64,000 nt of DNA from Eledone cirrhosa (GCA_964016885.1 OZ024742.1:35588001-35652000); one strand, 5' to 3'; counted from the stretch's first letter, positions 12,765 to 26,474 are shown. Made by a program: numbers and translations. Notes: generated from the sequence alone by a model not told the origin.

Positions 12765-15097
12765 CATTAGTGGTCCCCAAGAACAAGCACAAACATTACT
12801 GGTCCCCAAGAACAAAGACACCCACTTGGCAAAAAACTACCGACCCATTGCATGCCAGAACCTGATGTATAAGATGTATACAGCCTGCCTGAACCTATTC
12901 CTCCAAGATCACTGTGAAAATAATAACATCATCACAGATGAACAAGCAGCTGGAAAGAAAGGGGTTTGGGATGTGCTGAACAACTCCTAATCAACAAAAC
13001 TGCGATGTCGGAGGTGCGACAACTTAGGAGGAATATGACTACAGTCTGGCTGGACTACAGGAAAGCTTTCGATTCTGTTCCCCACTCTTGGATGATAGAG
13101 GCCCTCCAACTTGCTAAAGTCCCAGACATTATTGTCAGAGCCATAGAGAGGCTGTCTTCTTCTTGGGCTATTATCCTAAGGTTAAAGACAGAGAGGGAGG
13201 ACTCTATTTTCACTGATAAAATAAAATATTGCAGGGGTATATTTCAGAGGGACAGTCTCTCTGTGATATTATTCATCTTGTCATTAAACCCCTTGTCCTT
13301 TCTGCTCAAGAAATGTGAGGGATACATCATTGGCTCACAGGAGGACAGGAATACGAACCTAACCCATAATTTCTTTGTGGACGATCTGAAACTCTATGCC
13401 AAGAACATGGATGGGATGAAGAAAAAACTTGACCTGGTTACAACGTTCTCAAAGGAATGGAGTTTGGCCAAGATAAATGCTCATACATGACTGTAAAGCG
13501 GGGAAAAACAACAACCCAATCTAACAACATTGTCATCAATGGCCTAACTGTTTCACCGATATCTGATGAGGTCTGCTACAGATACCTGGAGATAGATGGG
13601 AACATATCCTATAATGGTATCTGTAATAAAGAACGCGCAACCAGGGAATATTACACCCGATTAAGAAATATCTGGTCATCGGAACTCTCTGCGCAAAACA
13701 AAACAGTGGCTCACAATGTGTTTGCTGTGCCTGTCCTAACACCAACGTTTGGAATACTCAATTGGACGATAGACGAAATCCGAGCAGTTGATGTTGGAAC
13801 TCGAAAAATACTGAACAACACCGGAAACTTCCACATCAACAGTGACATAGACCGCCTTTACTTGAAACGTAAGCAGGGAGACAGAAGCCTAACATCAGTC
13901 CAGACAACATTTGAATGTCGCATCATATCTCTACGACATCTACGAACCTCGAAGCGTAGGAGCCGGTTTCTCGAGCAAGTCTATCTGCATGAAACAGATA
14001 AGATCATGAGAGTTGAGAAGGAACTCCTCGAGAGATATTCCCTGTGTGACAATCAAAAACTCACACCCAGGTATGTCGCTCAACAGTATCGCAGTGACTC
14101 CATGGATGAAAAACTGCATGCTTGTCAGCAAAAAAATCTTGTATGGATATGTTGCCAGGAAGCTCCAGAGTGAGAGTAATATAGATAAGGAAAGTAATCT
14201 ATCTTGGACCAAAAACCGCTATATTGGCTCCCACTTTGAAGGATACGCTTTAGCAATCCAGGAACAGGAAATTAACACGAAATACCTGATTCACAAAAGA
14301 GATACGGATGCAGGCAAAACACCTAGATGTGATAACAAGTGCAGACTCTGCAGAACTAATATCGAGGATATCACCCATGTCATCAGCAGCTGTCCAAAGA
14401 TGTCATCGCGGTACTATCTACCTATGAGGCATGATGTAGTGGCCAAAACACTGTACAATGCAGTTCGTAAAAAAGATAGCCCTGATAATAAACACATTAA
14501 AAGCTACAGCAATGTGGAAGACATCCATGTACATAATATGAAAGAGTACTGGTGGAATGTTCCAGGAAAAACCCCAATAAAAGGCAGGCATAACAGACAG
14601 ATATTATGATATGGGACAGGGAGAAGTAAGCATGCACAGTAGTGGAAATTAGCTGCCCAGCAGATGCCAATATAATATCAAAGATTAGTGAAAAGGAGAA
14701 TATTTATGCAGAGCTGATGAGAAATCTGCAGATACTCCATCCTGATTACACCTTCAGATTTATGCCTGTGATTATTGGGGCACTGGGATATGTTAGTAAC
14801 TGCCTCAATACAAATCTTGAGAAGCTAGGATTCACAGGAACAGAAAGAACACAACTAGTTAGGAAATTACAAGTACAATCCATTAATGGAACAGTAAAAA
14901 TATGTAAAACATTCCAAAAATGTTGCATCTAATAACTGCATATACACATGTACAGATACAAAGCATATACACATGTACACATACATACATATCTACCTAG
15001 TTGATGTGTAAATTCAAATGAGAGAGTCTTGTGTCTATGTTAGAAACCGACTCTCTCTCTATTGGTAAAACTTTGTGAAATTATAAAACTAGAAGAA
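12765..15097 (+). mobile_element. 5'-truncated, frameshifted Dong/R4 family B retrotransposon
   Basis: Fragmented ORFs with NYRPIACQN, WLDYRKAFDSVPH, FFVDDLKLY, CRLC-H-C, RHD, EISCP; ends in (CATA)n. Confidence 0.9.
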
Positions 15098-15143
15098 CAT
15101 ACATACATACATACATACATACATACATACATACATACATACA

Positions 15144-15174
<31 letters not shown>

Positions 15175-15270
15175 GTACATACGTACACACATAATACATA
15201 CAAACATACATACATATATACATACATATATACATACATACATACATACATATATACATACATACATACA

Positions 15271-15572
15271 TAGGAAATTACAAGTACAATCCATTAATGG
15301 AACAGTAAAAATATGCAAAACATTCCAAAAAGTTTGCATCTAATAACTGCATATACACATGTACAGATACAAAGCATATACACATGCACACACAACTCAA
15401 AACATACACATCCACACATACAATAACATCCATATCTACACATACATGCAGACATGCAGACATATCTACCTAGTTGATGTTGCGTAAATTCCAATGAGAG
15501 AGTCTTGAAACCATGATAGAAACCTACTCTATCTATTGGCAAACATCTTTGAAATTATAAAACCAGAAGAAC
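15271..15572 (+). mobile_element. Dong/R4 family B 3'-end fragment in (CATA)n
   Basis: Matches 14860-15097; CATA repeats on both flanks. Confidence 0.85.
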
Positions 15573-16235
15573 ATACATACATACATACATACATACATAC
15601 ATACATACATACATACATACATACATACATACATACATACATACACACATAGATATGATGATGGCTGCCCCCTCGTTATCGAGTATGTTCATTGCTCGAT
15701 AAAACAGTATTAATAATGTATCTATACACATATAAATTTATTGTATTAATAATGTATATATACAAATATAAATACACACACACACATATATATATATGAG
15801 TGTGTGTATATATATGTGTGCATGTATATATATCTTTATATATGATACAAATATGTATATGTCTATATATAGATACATATAAATATACACACATCCACAC
15901 ACACATATATATATATATAAATATAAGGAGATATATTTTAATTATGTCTCATATAAAATAATACTACTGGCCTCCCGCAAAATACATATAGTTAGCACCC
16001 CAAACGTAAAATTGGGATTATACTAAGGTATATCCTGTTTGTTGAGTGAGATGGAAGCCGGTCAGAGTATAGCTTAAAGCTTTCTCTGTTAATGTATTGT
16101 ATATATATATATATGTATATAGGTGTGTGTGTATGTATGTGTGTGTGCGTGCGTATGTGTATATATATATCTTCATATACAATACATATATATATATGTG
16201 ATACGATGTATATAGATACATATAAATATACTCAT

Positions 16236-16333
<98 letters not shown>

Positions 16334-16643
16334 ATATATATGAATGTATATATAGTTCAATAAGATAAGGGGATATCTGTGCAAGTGTATATTTTTCTCC
16401 CAGTAAAGAATGGCTCTGTTAGAAATAATCTATCTTATCGTACCCAACAGTATGTAAAGCAATCTAGGATCAAATGATGTTTGAACTCATTAACCTGAAG
16501 TAGTACTAATATATATTCTATCAAAGCATATAGTATTTATATACATATGTACTTAAGCTTATGTGAATGTATATGTGTATATGTATGTATGTATATACAA
16601 ACACATACACGCACACAAATGTCTACATTTACATATATATATA

Positions 16644-16692
<49 letters not shown>

Positions 16693-16969
16693 GTATATAT
16701 AAATATGTTTATATATATGTATATATATATGTATATATATATATGTATATATATATGTATATATATATGTATATATATACGTATATATAAATATGTTTAT
16801 ATATATGTATATATATATATGTATGTGTGTGTGTGTGTGTATATACATATGTATATACGTATATATATATATGTTTATACACACATATATATATATGTTT
16901 ATATATATATATGTGTGTGTGCGTGTGTGTATATATATGCATATATATATATATACATATATATATATG

Positions 16970-17003
<34 letters not shown>

Positions 17004-17046
17004 CATATATATTTACATATATATATATATATATATATATACATAC

Positions 17047-17110
<64 letters not shown>

Positions 17111-17158
17111 ATAATATATATGTAGTAAGAAACACAGTAAGAGTTATTAACTCTAACT

Positions 17159-17241
<83 letters not shown>

Positions 17242-17494
17242 TATATATATATAATATGTATGTATGTATAAATGTATGTATATATTATACATGTATATGA
17301 ATTCTCATACGTGTTGCGATATTTGTAAAATCAAAAAGAAAACGTATTCCCTCGTGCTTTCCAATTTTGTCAGTGACTTGATTCTATATGGTTTGTAAAT
17401 TCCTTATCGCAACAAGTTTTAACCATTTCATGACCATATTTATAATGAAAACATTCTATTTTAATTAATTAAAATGTATGATCTGGTTTCATTA

Positions 17495-19185
17495 ATTTCT
17501 AGATTTTCAGCAATACAGAGAGAGGGGAGTTGGTTTCATCATAGACACAAGACCCTTTCAATGGTATTTAGGCAATATCTTCTAGGTAAATATATATGTT
17601 TATTTGTAAGTGTTTGTGTTTCTGTGTGTATGCGTGTATGTGTTTTAATGTATGAGTGGAACTGCATGTTTTGAAGTATATGTGCACACGTGCATGTGTT
17701 TCTGTGTCTATACATATATATATGCAGTTGTTGCATGCAAAGTTTCTGAAATGTTTTACGTATATTTAGTTCCATTAATAAACTGCACTTGTAAATTCCT
17801 AACTAGTCCCTGCTCTTTCTAGTTCTGTGACGCCAGCTTCTCGGGGCACTTGGTAGTGTATCCAAGAGCCCCAATGATCACAGGTATAGTCAGAGTGGAG
17901 TATCTGCAGATTCCTCATCAGTTCAGCATAAATCTTCTCCTTTTCACTGATCATATACGGACATTTATCCTGGACACACTCCATTCTTGTATCTTTCGAG
18001 AAAGTCGTAACCACGTCAATGTTTTCCTTCATACCATTTATGTACTTGGCGTAGTGTCAGGTCATCCACAAAGAAGTTATGAGGTAGGTTGCTATTTCTA
18101 TCCTCCTGTGAACCATTTATGTATCCTTCATATTTCTTGGGAAGAAAGGACAATGGGTTTTCTTGAAATATTCCTGTGCGATATTCTATTTTATCAGCGA
18201 AAAGGAAGTCTACCTTCTCAGGATTTAACTTAAGAATAGTAGCCCAAGAAGAAGATAGATTCTCTGTGGGACTTTAGCAGGTCGGAGGGCCTCTATCATC
18301 CAAGACTGAGGAGCAGAATCGAATGTTTTTCTGTAATCCAGTCAGACTGTAAACATGTTCCTTCTATGTCACCACACCTCTGACATCGCGGTTTTGTTAA
18401 TTATTTGTTCAGCACACACCCAAACACCTTTCTTCCCAGCTGCTTGCTCATCTATAATATTATTATTGTCACAGTAATCTTGGAGAAATAACTTCCGGCA
18501 GGCTTTATACATTTTATATATTTGGTTCTGGCTTGTAATGGGTCGGTTTTTGTTTGCCAAGTGGGTGTCTTTGTTCTTGGGGACCAATATTGTTTATGTT
18601 ACTCCATTGACAGCTTGCTGGTAGAGGTTGAAGAGATACATCCGATAGAAAATCAATGTTTTGAACCAGTAGCCGACATTCAAGTCTCTTCCTGGTACTT
18701 ATCTTGAGATTTTGCTATCACAGTCTCAAGGGTATGATAGTTGTGTAGAGAAGGGGTAATAGGTCGTTTATATCTCCTTCAGCCACACTGCATCTTGTTT
18801 GAATTTCTTTTCTCCACCCCATATTTTTCTCTAGAAGGAATCTGTCTTTCTGGGATGGGGTCTCAGTGACATTTATTACTTTGCCCTTCATATCTCTATA
18901 GACTCTATAGATGTTTGGTTTCGTCTGAATCTTTTATTAATTACTTTTCTTTCATCTACCTTCTTCTGGTATCGACGTTTTCGCCGACAACTCTCAATTC
19001 TTGTTTGAGCGTGATCAGCTTATATTGAAAAGTTCTGGTTGTATTGTCTCCAAACATCATTTCTATTTTATTTTTCACTCTTTGTCTGTCAAATGTATTG
19101 TTTTTATTTTTGTTTTTGTTTGCATGTGAAGAGCATCCTATATCTTATAGTTTTCCGTTCGCTAACAATCATTTTTCTATCTTTG
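17495..19185 (-). pseudogene. Old, deleted Dong/R4 family B copy
   Basis: Remnants VPKNKDTHLA, DEQAAGKKGVW, IYAELMRNLQIL; borders (TATG)n. Confidence 0.8.
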
Positions 19186-19187
19186 TA

Positions 19188-19218
<31 letters not shown>

Positions 19219-19278
19219 TGTATGTATGTATGTATGTATGTATGTATGTATGTATGTATGTATGTATGTATGTATGTT

Positions 19279-20211
19279 ATTCTGGTTTTATAATTTCACA
19301 AAGTTTTACCAATAGAGAGAGAGTCGGTTTTTAACATAGTCACAAGACTCTCTCATTGGAATTTACACATCAACTAGGTAGATATGTATGTATGCATGCA
19401 TGTGTAGATATGGATGTTATTGTATGTGTGGATGTGGATGTTTTGAGGTGTATGTGTGCATGTGTATATGCTTTGTATCTGTACATGTGTATATGCAGTT
19501 ATTAGATGCAACATTTTTGGAATGTTTTATATATTTTTACTGTTCCATTAATGGATTGTACTTGTAGTTTCCTAACTAGTTGTGTTCTTTCTGTTCCTGT
19601 GAAGCCTAGCTTCTCAAGATTTGTATTGAGGCAGTTACTAACATACCCCAGTACCCCAACAATCACAGGCATAAATCTGAAGGTGTAATCAGGGTGGAGT
19701 ATCTGCAGATTTCTCATAAGTTCTGCATAAATATTCTCCTTTTCACTAATCTTTGATATTATATTGGCATCTGCTGGGCAGCTAATTTCCACTACTGAGC
19801 ATGCTTACTTCTCCCTGTCCCATATCATAATATCTGGTCTGTTATGCCTGCATTTTATTGGGGCTTTTACTGGAACATTCCACCAGTACTCTTTCATATT
19901 ATGTACATGGATGTCTTCCACATTGCTGTAGCTTTTAATGTGTTTATTATCGGGACTATCTTTTTTACGAACTGCATTGTACAGTGTTTTGGCCACTACA
20001 TCATGCCTCATAGGTAGATAGTACCGCGATGACATCTTTGGACAGCTGCTGATGACATGGGTGATATCCTCGATGTTAGTTCTGCAGAGTCTGCACTTGT
20101 TATCACATATAGGTGTTTTGCCTGCATCCCTATCTCTTTTGTGAATCAGGTATTTCGTACTAATCTCCTGTTTTTGGATTGCAAAAGCGTATCCTTCAAA
20201 GTGGGAGCCTG
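19279..20211 (-). mobile_element. Dong/R4 family B 3' fragment (CCHC and RLE) in (TATG)n
   Basis: ORFs 19805..20218 and 19502..19792 contain CRLC, RHD, HNRPDI, EISCP; TATG repeats on both flanks. Confidence 0.9.
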
Positions 20212-20309
20212 TATGCATGTATGTGTGTCTGTATGTATGTACGGAGGTATGTATGTACGAATGTATATATGAATTTATGAATTAATGTGTTTGTATGTAT
20301 GTCTGTATC

Positions 20310-20572
20310 TAGAAGGCAACTCAGGGAACTGGGGTAACTCCGTCATAAAACCTGCGGCTCAGTAGTTACCGATGACGTTGATCTTTTTGATCTTTTCTTC
20401 TTTTCAGGTCATAGCTCCTGTTGCTCAGAGAGTGAGATTGGCTCAGTACACAGTCTTTCCCCACTTTAATAAAATCTTCACGCACAGGCATTGCACGATA
20501 GCATTAATTAATAATTATTAATAATGTTATATCGTGCAATAGCCATACTCGATAAGGAGGGGGCAGCCATCA
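20310..20572 (+). mobile_element. Second bipartite RTE-derived non-autonomous element
   Basis: Shares gcacaggcattgc with the 610-bp family; ends gccatactcgataaggagggggcagccatcatg. Confidence 0.55.
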
Positions 20573-20592
20573 TGTATGTATGTATGTATATA

Positions 20593-20921
20593 GGTATCCA
20601 CTGATGTTGACTTGTTCTTCTGTTTGGTAAATATCATCTTGGTTAAGAGAGTGGGACTGGCTTTGTGCAGTGCCTTTGCTCACTATAAAAGCTTCACGGC
20701 ACAGGCATTGCTTTATATCTGGAGATCTCTCTGCACTTGTCGTCACATGGTACCATGGGTCCAGCACTATGTGTCAATAATTGTCACAGGTGTAGTGTTT
20801 GTACCAGAGTTTTCAAGTCGCTGGCTGGACTAAAAAGTCACACTCGTTCAGCGCATCAGTAGGGGTTCTCCTACATGGATATAAAGTAGTGGCCGTACTC
20901 GAAAACGAGTTGGCAGCCACC
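20593..20921 (+). mobile_element. 5'-truncated copy of the 610-bp RTE-derived element
   Basis: Matches 39866-40196; TATG repeats on both flanks. Confidence 0.8.
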
Positions 20922-20949
20922 ATGTATGTATGTATGTTTGTATTTCCAG

Positions 20950-21235
20950 ACAGCGAAGGTCCTCCTATGGTGGTGACATGCAGCGTCATCTTCGCAGTCA
21001 TAAAGTGAGACCAGTGGTTGACCACCAGGCTGCTGTTGGAGATGCTACTCATCATGCCTGCCAAGCATGTGGTTGAGAATGTAAATCAGCAGGAGGGCTC
21101 AAGCGACATGCAAAAGAACATGAACTCCAACCACAGCCGGATATTCCCAGTGAATGTTTTGGCTGCCAACTCTGTCATTTTAGATCATTGGCTGGGCTAA
21201 AAAGCCACATTCGATCGGAGCACTGTTAATTGTTA

Positions 21236-21299
<64 letters not shown>

Positions 21300-21890
21300 A
21301 TATATATATATATATATATATATTTTATTATTATTATTAATTATTATTATTGTGGATAACGGCAGTCGATTGGCAGTATCGGTAGAGAGTCGGACACCAT
21401 GCTTTGAAGCATAGAGTTACGTCCCTTTATGATCTGAGTTCAAATCCCGCCGAGGTTAACTTTGCCTTTCATCCTTATGGGGTCGATAAAATAAAGTACC
21501 AGTCACGCACTGGAGTCGATTTAATCGACTTTCCCCTCCCCCCAAATTACTGGCCTTGTGTCTATATAAGAAACCATTATTATTATTATTATTATTATTA
21601 TTATAGGGCGGTGGATTGGCAGTATCGGTAGAGGGTCGGACGCCATGCTTTCCAGCATAGTTACGTCCCTTTACGATCTGAGTTCAAATCCCGCCGAGGT
21701 TGACTTTGCCTTTCATCCTTACGGGGTCGATAAAATAAAGTACCAGTAATGCACTGGGTAATTACTGGCCTTGTGCCTAAAGTAGAAACAATTATTATTA
21801 TTATTATTATTGTTATTATTATTGTCGTTATTATGGTTTTTTTTTCCGTGCAATGGCCATACTCGATAGCGAGGGGGCAGCCATGATGTT
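20950..21890 (+). pseudogene. 3' end of a BovB-like RTE with tandem C2H2 fingers, interrupted by (TG)n and two SINEs
   Basis: DMQRHLRSH...CQACG*ECKSAGGLKRHAKEH...CQLCHFRSLAGLKSHIRSEH at 20975-21225; RTE 3' terminus at 21850-21888. Confidence 0.65.
21358..21800 (+). mobile_element. Two tandem SINEs with (ATT)n tails
   Basis: A and B boxes, core and tail. Confidence 0.85.
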
Positions 21891-22030
21891 TGTGTATGTA
21901 TGTATAAACATAGACAAAATCAGAAAGCAGGAGGTCAGATCTTTACAAACAGTTTATCATAAGGGGAAGATATGATCTCTCCACTAGACACAACACTAGA
22001 AAATCATTATTTACTTTTACGATATGATAC

Positions 22031-22061
<31 letters not shown>

Positions 22062-22132
22062 TACACATACATACACACATATCTTCGCACATACATGTGC
22101 ACACACACACATACTCACACATGCACGCACAT

Positions 22133-22169
<37 letters not shown>

Positions 22170-22631
22170 CACACACACATGCGCGCACATAGATACACAT
22201 ATGCATACACATACATAAAGACATACACACATACCCAGACACATATGTGTACATATACGCATATTTCTGTGAGTGTGTTTACATCTTCTAGAAGGGTGTT
22301 TTTGTATATGTTATCAGTGTACACACGCTTATACACACACATACATATGTATGCATTAATGTATGTATATATGTATGTGTGTAGGTATGTGTGAGTATGC
22401 ATGTTTGTATGTATATATATGTATGTGTGAAACTATGTATGTATGTATGCATGTATGTATATATGTATGTGTGAAGGTATGTATGTATATATGTATGTGT
22501 GAAGGTATGTATGTATATATGTATGTGTGTAGGTATGTGTGATTATGTATGTATGTATATATATATGTATGTGTGAAGGTATCTATGTATATATGTATGT
22601 GTGAAGGTATGTATCTATGAATGTATGTACG

Positions 22632-22662
<31 letters not shown>

Positions 22663-22739
22663 ATATGTATATATATATGAATGCATGTATATATGTATGT
22701 ATGTATGTATATATGTATGAATGCATGTATATATGTATG

Positions 22740-25700
22740 TTTTCTCTTTCTCTTAATTTCGAGTATATTTTTTTGACCGGCCACCTTCCTGGTGGCAAGG
22801 TTGTAAAAGAAAAGAAATTGTCATCCCTTGAATCGCAAGAATGTTTTGCATATTTTGAAGGTGCCAGCTATCGCAGCCATTTGTAGACTATGAATTAGGG
22901 AGCTGCGCTTTTTGTCCGCAAATCCAAGTTCGGTCATACTTTGGTCCAAGCGGGTTGGTATATAACCCGTAGCACCAATAATGATGGGTATGAAGCTAAA
23001 GGTGTATCTTGGATACTGGATTTGTAAGCTCCTCATCAATGGTCCGTAGATGTCCTCCTTCTCCTGTATTTTTCTGACAACGTTTACATCAAGTGGGCAG
23101 CTGATCTCCACAACAGAACACGTTTTCAATGTGTGGTCCCAAACTACAATATCAGGCCGGTTGTGCTTTAATTTGGTGGCAGTTTTTATTTTCAGGTTCC
23201 ACCAGTATTCCTTAGTGCCATCTGTCTCAATATATTCTTCCTCGTTTGTTGTTAATTTTGTTTTCCGAAGTGCGTTCCAGATAGTTCTAGCTATCCCATC
23301 GTGTCTCATGGGGAGGTAGTAGCGAGATGACATTCTTTCGCAGCTGGCAACAATGTGGCTTACATCCTCGATCTTTGTTTTACATAGCCTACATTTATTG
23401 TCAGCTGCTGGCCCTCCTCTTTTGTGCAGCAGATATTTGGTAGGGAGTTCTTGTTCCTGTATTGCATAGAGATATCCCTCAAGGTGTGATGTCATAAACT
23501 TGTCGGAACTCCATGCCAGGCTTTTTGAGTGGTTTATCCCCTCTATGGTCTGTGTTTTACGCCTCAAGTATCCATGCACAACTTTCTCTGTAAATTGTTC
23601 AATTTTTTTTTCTTGTTTGAACATTGAATAGGATCTTCCGATTTCTCTGGGTGAGAGATTTATATCAGGCTTTATTCCATATCTCTCCTCCAGATCAGTC
23701 GCTATTCTAATGATATTTCTTTTTTCATGCTCATAAACCTGAGCAAGATGGTCGCCAACCTTTTTCCTCTGTTGAAGGTGTTGCTTCAGTGTTACTATCC
23801 GGGTCTCATATGTTGTTAATATTGATTTTAGACCCCGGCCACCTTCCTTGCGTGAGAAGTATAGCCTATCCACATCACCATTGATGTTAAAGTTCCCAGT
23901 AACACTGAGAAGTTTACGAGTTCTAACATCCATCTCACTTAGTTCTTGCAATGACCAGTTCAGTAGGCCAAATGTTGGCGTTATAATTGGCACAGCATAG
24001 GTATTGTGGGCAATGTATTTGTTGTATGCTGACAGTTCTGATGACCATATTTTTTTTACTCTTCTGAGGTATTCAGTTCTGGTTCTCTCCTTATTTATGG
24101 GTCCATCATATCTGACATTCTCATCCTGTCCAAGATATCTGTAGTTGTCACCTGACTGCAGAGGTTGTATTGTCAGGCCGTTCATATCTAGATTTCTAGA
24201 GGAGGGCACAGCTCTTCCACGTTTTACTGCCAAATATGCACACTTGGACTCACCAAATTTCATTTTGATGTCGGTTGAAAATTGTGTAATGAGGTCCAAT
24301 TGTTTCTTGATGTCATTGATATTTGGCCCATACAACTTCAGGTCATCAACAAAGAAAAGATGGGAGATACTTCTGGGCCCACTTCTTTGTCCACCTTGTT
24401 TCCTGAGTAGGTAAGATAGTGGATTCAGTGAGAGAACGAAGAGTAGTACTGACAAGCTATCACCCTGAAAGATGCCCTTCTGGTAATGTATCCTATCAGT
24501 CTTAACCTGCTCCTTCTCACCTCTAAGGATCAAATTGGTGTACCAGTTCTTGGTCAGGCGTTCAACAGCAGCTACTAATGGTTGTGGGACTTTAGCTAAC
24601 TGTAAAGCCTTAATAATCCACCCATGAGGTACACTATCAAATGCTTTTTGATAGTCCAGCCACACGACAGTCATGTTTCTGCGATTCTTTGTTGTTTTTT
24701 CCTGAATCATTTTGTTAGTTAGTAGGTGATCTATGCAACCCCACACCCCCCTCTTTCCACCAGCTTGCTCAGGTGTTATGATGTTGTTGGTAGCACAGTG
24801 ATCCTGTAAGAACAGGTTAAGGCACCCAGTATATAATTTATACATGATGTTTTGGCAGGCAATTGGGCGGTAATTTTTAGCAAGGGTGGTTTGGCTATTT
24901 TTGGGAATGAGGAGAGTAGTGGCAGTTGATAACCATCTGGGCAGTTCTTGTGTGCCCTTAATGGTTTCTGTAAACAGCCGTATGAGATCTTGCCGATAGA
25001 AAGTGAAATTCTTCAACCAGTATCCTGTAATGAGGTCTGGGCCTGGCGATTTCCTATTCGACATTTTCTGTAGAGCTGTTTCCAGTATTGACCCATCTAT
25101 GTCATATTGTTTTGTCTGGACATGTTGGCAGTAGTCCTGTTCCAGTTGTTTTAGCCAATTAGCTTGTCTGTTGAATCCGTCATCCGTTTCCCATACAGAT
25201 CTCCAGTAGTTCTCAACCTGTTCTTTTGAAGGGGTGTCGTTTACAGGGATTGAGCTTTTGCCACCGAAGCTGCGATAAACTGATTTAGGATCTCTGGCAA
25301 ACAATCTATTTAGCACTTGTCGTTTATGGGCTGTTGACTTATATTTTAGTCTTTCTGTTGTAGCTGTGAGTTGTTGTTTCAACTGGTGTAATTTGGAGTT
25401 CAAAGTTTTAAATTTGGTATCTCCAAATCGTCTCTCTAACTTTTTCTTTAGGTCTTCCTGGTGTCGTGTGAAGTTTCTCTCTATGTTGCATTTCATAACG
25501 ACTGCGATGTGTGAGATACTTCGTCTCAGGGACAAAATTTTGGTTTTTAAATTTCGCATCCACGCTGGTTCAGGCTTTCTGTTTGTATCTTGATTGCGTG
25601 GTTTTAGATGTGTGTTATATGATAGCAATGTGACAGCTGAAACATATAACAAAACATTGAGCGTTTCAAATGTCGTTTCTACACCTTTAGATCGTATAGC

Positions 25701-26474
25701 CTTCAGATAATTGCCAGCTATTTCGTTCACCGCTTCCAATTCCAATTTAGTGGGTTCTTTACTGACTCTAGTGTTGTATGGTCTGTCACTCACATTAAGG
25801 CTGTGTATCTCTTGAAACATATCGTTCCATATCACTTGTAGGGTGCCCACAAGTTTTTGGTGCTCTGTTTGTTCAGTAGAGTCATGAATTGCAGCCTCGT
25901 TGTTGATGTGGTGACAATTACTACGAGAGTCAGCTGACCTTTCTCGCTGTTCTTCAGTGGAAGTGGGATGGATTTCAGCAAAATTGTTGGTGAGCTGTTC
26001 ACTGTTAGATTTAGCCGGCCATTCTCTTTGTCTGTCAGTGGAGGTGGGGTGGTTGTCTACAAGGGCTGTATTTGTAGTATCACTCGATTCCGTTAGATGT
26101 ATCAATTTACATCTAATGATACGTTTTGCCTGTTCATTTAGATGCTTTGGAGAAAAGTCTAATTCTGGGTGTTTGGAGTTCCATAAAGTTTTTAGCCTTT
26201 GCATAAAACCGAACTTTTGGGGTTCAGATTGTTTGTATGCTTCATATAATTCTTTGTTAAGCTCGTAGCTCCACTGTATACAACGGTTGTAATTGCGATT
26301 TGGTCGAAGGAGACTTGTACTTTTTGCCATGATGAGTTCGTCTATTCACTAATATTTTGTATTTATTTTTTTTAAATAGTCGATGATCTTCTTTAAAAGT
26401 TACGACAAAGTTCTGTCAGAATCAAATTTAAAGTTATTCACAGCTTGGGTAATATTTCTTTTCAGTTAGTTTTT
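22740..26474 (-). mobile_element. Full-length R4/Dong-clade retrotransposon (family A) in (CATA)n
   Basis: Single intact ORF, short UTRs, TATG repeats abut both ends. Confidence 0.92.
22821..26330 (-). CDS. 1169-aa RT plus CCHC plus restriction-like endonuclease polyprotein
   Basis: KSPGPDLI, NYRPIACQN, WLDYQKAFDSVPH, GIFQGDSLS, FFVDDLKLY, CRLCKTKIEDVSHIVASC, RHD, HNRPDIVVWD...VEISCP...KEDIY. Confidence 0.95.
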   Translation of the reverse strand: MAKSTSLLRPNRNYNRCIQWSYELNKELYEAYKQSEPQKFGFMQRLKTLWNSKHPELDFSPKHLNEQAKRIIRCKLIHLTESSDTTNTALVDNHPTSTDRQREWPAKSNSEQLTNNFAEIHPTSTEEQRERSADSRSNCHHINNEAAIHDSTEQTEHQKLVGTLQVIWNDMFQEIHSLNVSDRPYNTRVSKEPTKLELEAVNEIAGNYLKAIRSKGVETTFETLNVLLYVSAVTLLSYNTHLKPRNQDTNRKPEPAWMRNLKTKILSLRRSISHIAVVMKCNIERNFTRHQEDLKKKLERRFGDTKFKTLNSKLHQLKQQLTATTERLKYKSTAHKRQVLNRLFARDPKSVYRSFGGKSSIPVNDTPSKEQVENYWRSVWETDDGFNRQANWLKQLEQDYCQHVQTKQYDIDGSILETALQKMSNRKSPGPDLITGYWLKNFTFYRQDLIRLFTETIKGTQELPRWLSTATTLLIPKNSQTTLAKNYRPIACQNIMYKLYTGCLNLFLQDHCATNNIITPEQAGGKRGVWGCIDHLLTNKMIQEKTTKNRRNMTVVWLDYQKAFDSVPHGWIIKALQLAKVPQPLVAAVERLTKNWYTNLILRGEKEQVKTDRIHYQKGIFQGDSLSVLLFVLSLNPLSYLLRKQGGQRSGPRSISHLFFVDDLKLYGPNINDIKKQLDLITQFSTDIKMKFGESKCAYLAVKRGRAVPSSRNLDMNGLTIQPLQSGDNYRYLGQDENVRYDGPINKERTRTEYLRRVKKIWSSELSAYNKYIAHNTYAVPIITPTFGLLNWSLQELSEMDVRTRKLLSVTGNFNINGDVDRLYFSRKEGGRGLKSILTTYETRIVTLKQHLQQRKKVGDHLAQVYEHEKRNIIRIATDLEERYGIKPDINLSPREIGRSYSMFKQEKKIEQFTEKVVHGYLRRKTQTIEGINHSKSLAWSSDKFMTSHLEGYLYAIQEQELPTKYLLHKRGGPAADNKCRLCKTKIEDVSHIVASCERMSSRYYLPMRHDGIARTIWNALRKTKLTTNEEEYIETDGTKEYWWNLKIKTATKLKHNRPDIVVWDHTLKTCSVVEISCPLDVNVVRKIQEKEDIYGPLMRSLQIQYPRYTFSFIPIIIGATGYIPTRLDQSMTELGFADKKRSSLIHSLQMAAIAGTFKICKTFLRFKG

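Noticed and set aside
20975-21225. Host C2H2 zinc-finger gene exon
   Set aside because: In-frame stop, no TGEKP linkers, and an RTE 3' terminus follows
21604-21700. tRNA gene
   Set aside because: The A and B boxes belong to the SINE head, there is no cloverleaf, and the core and tail follow
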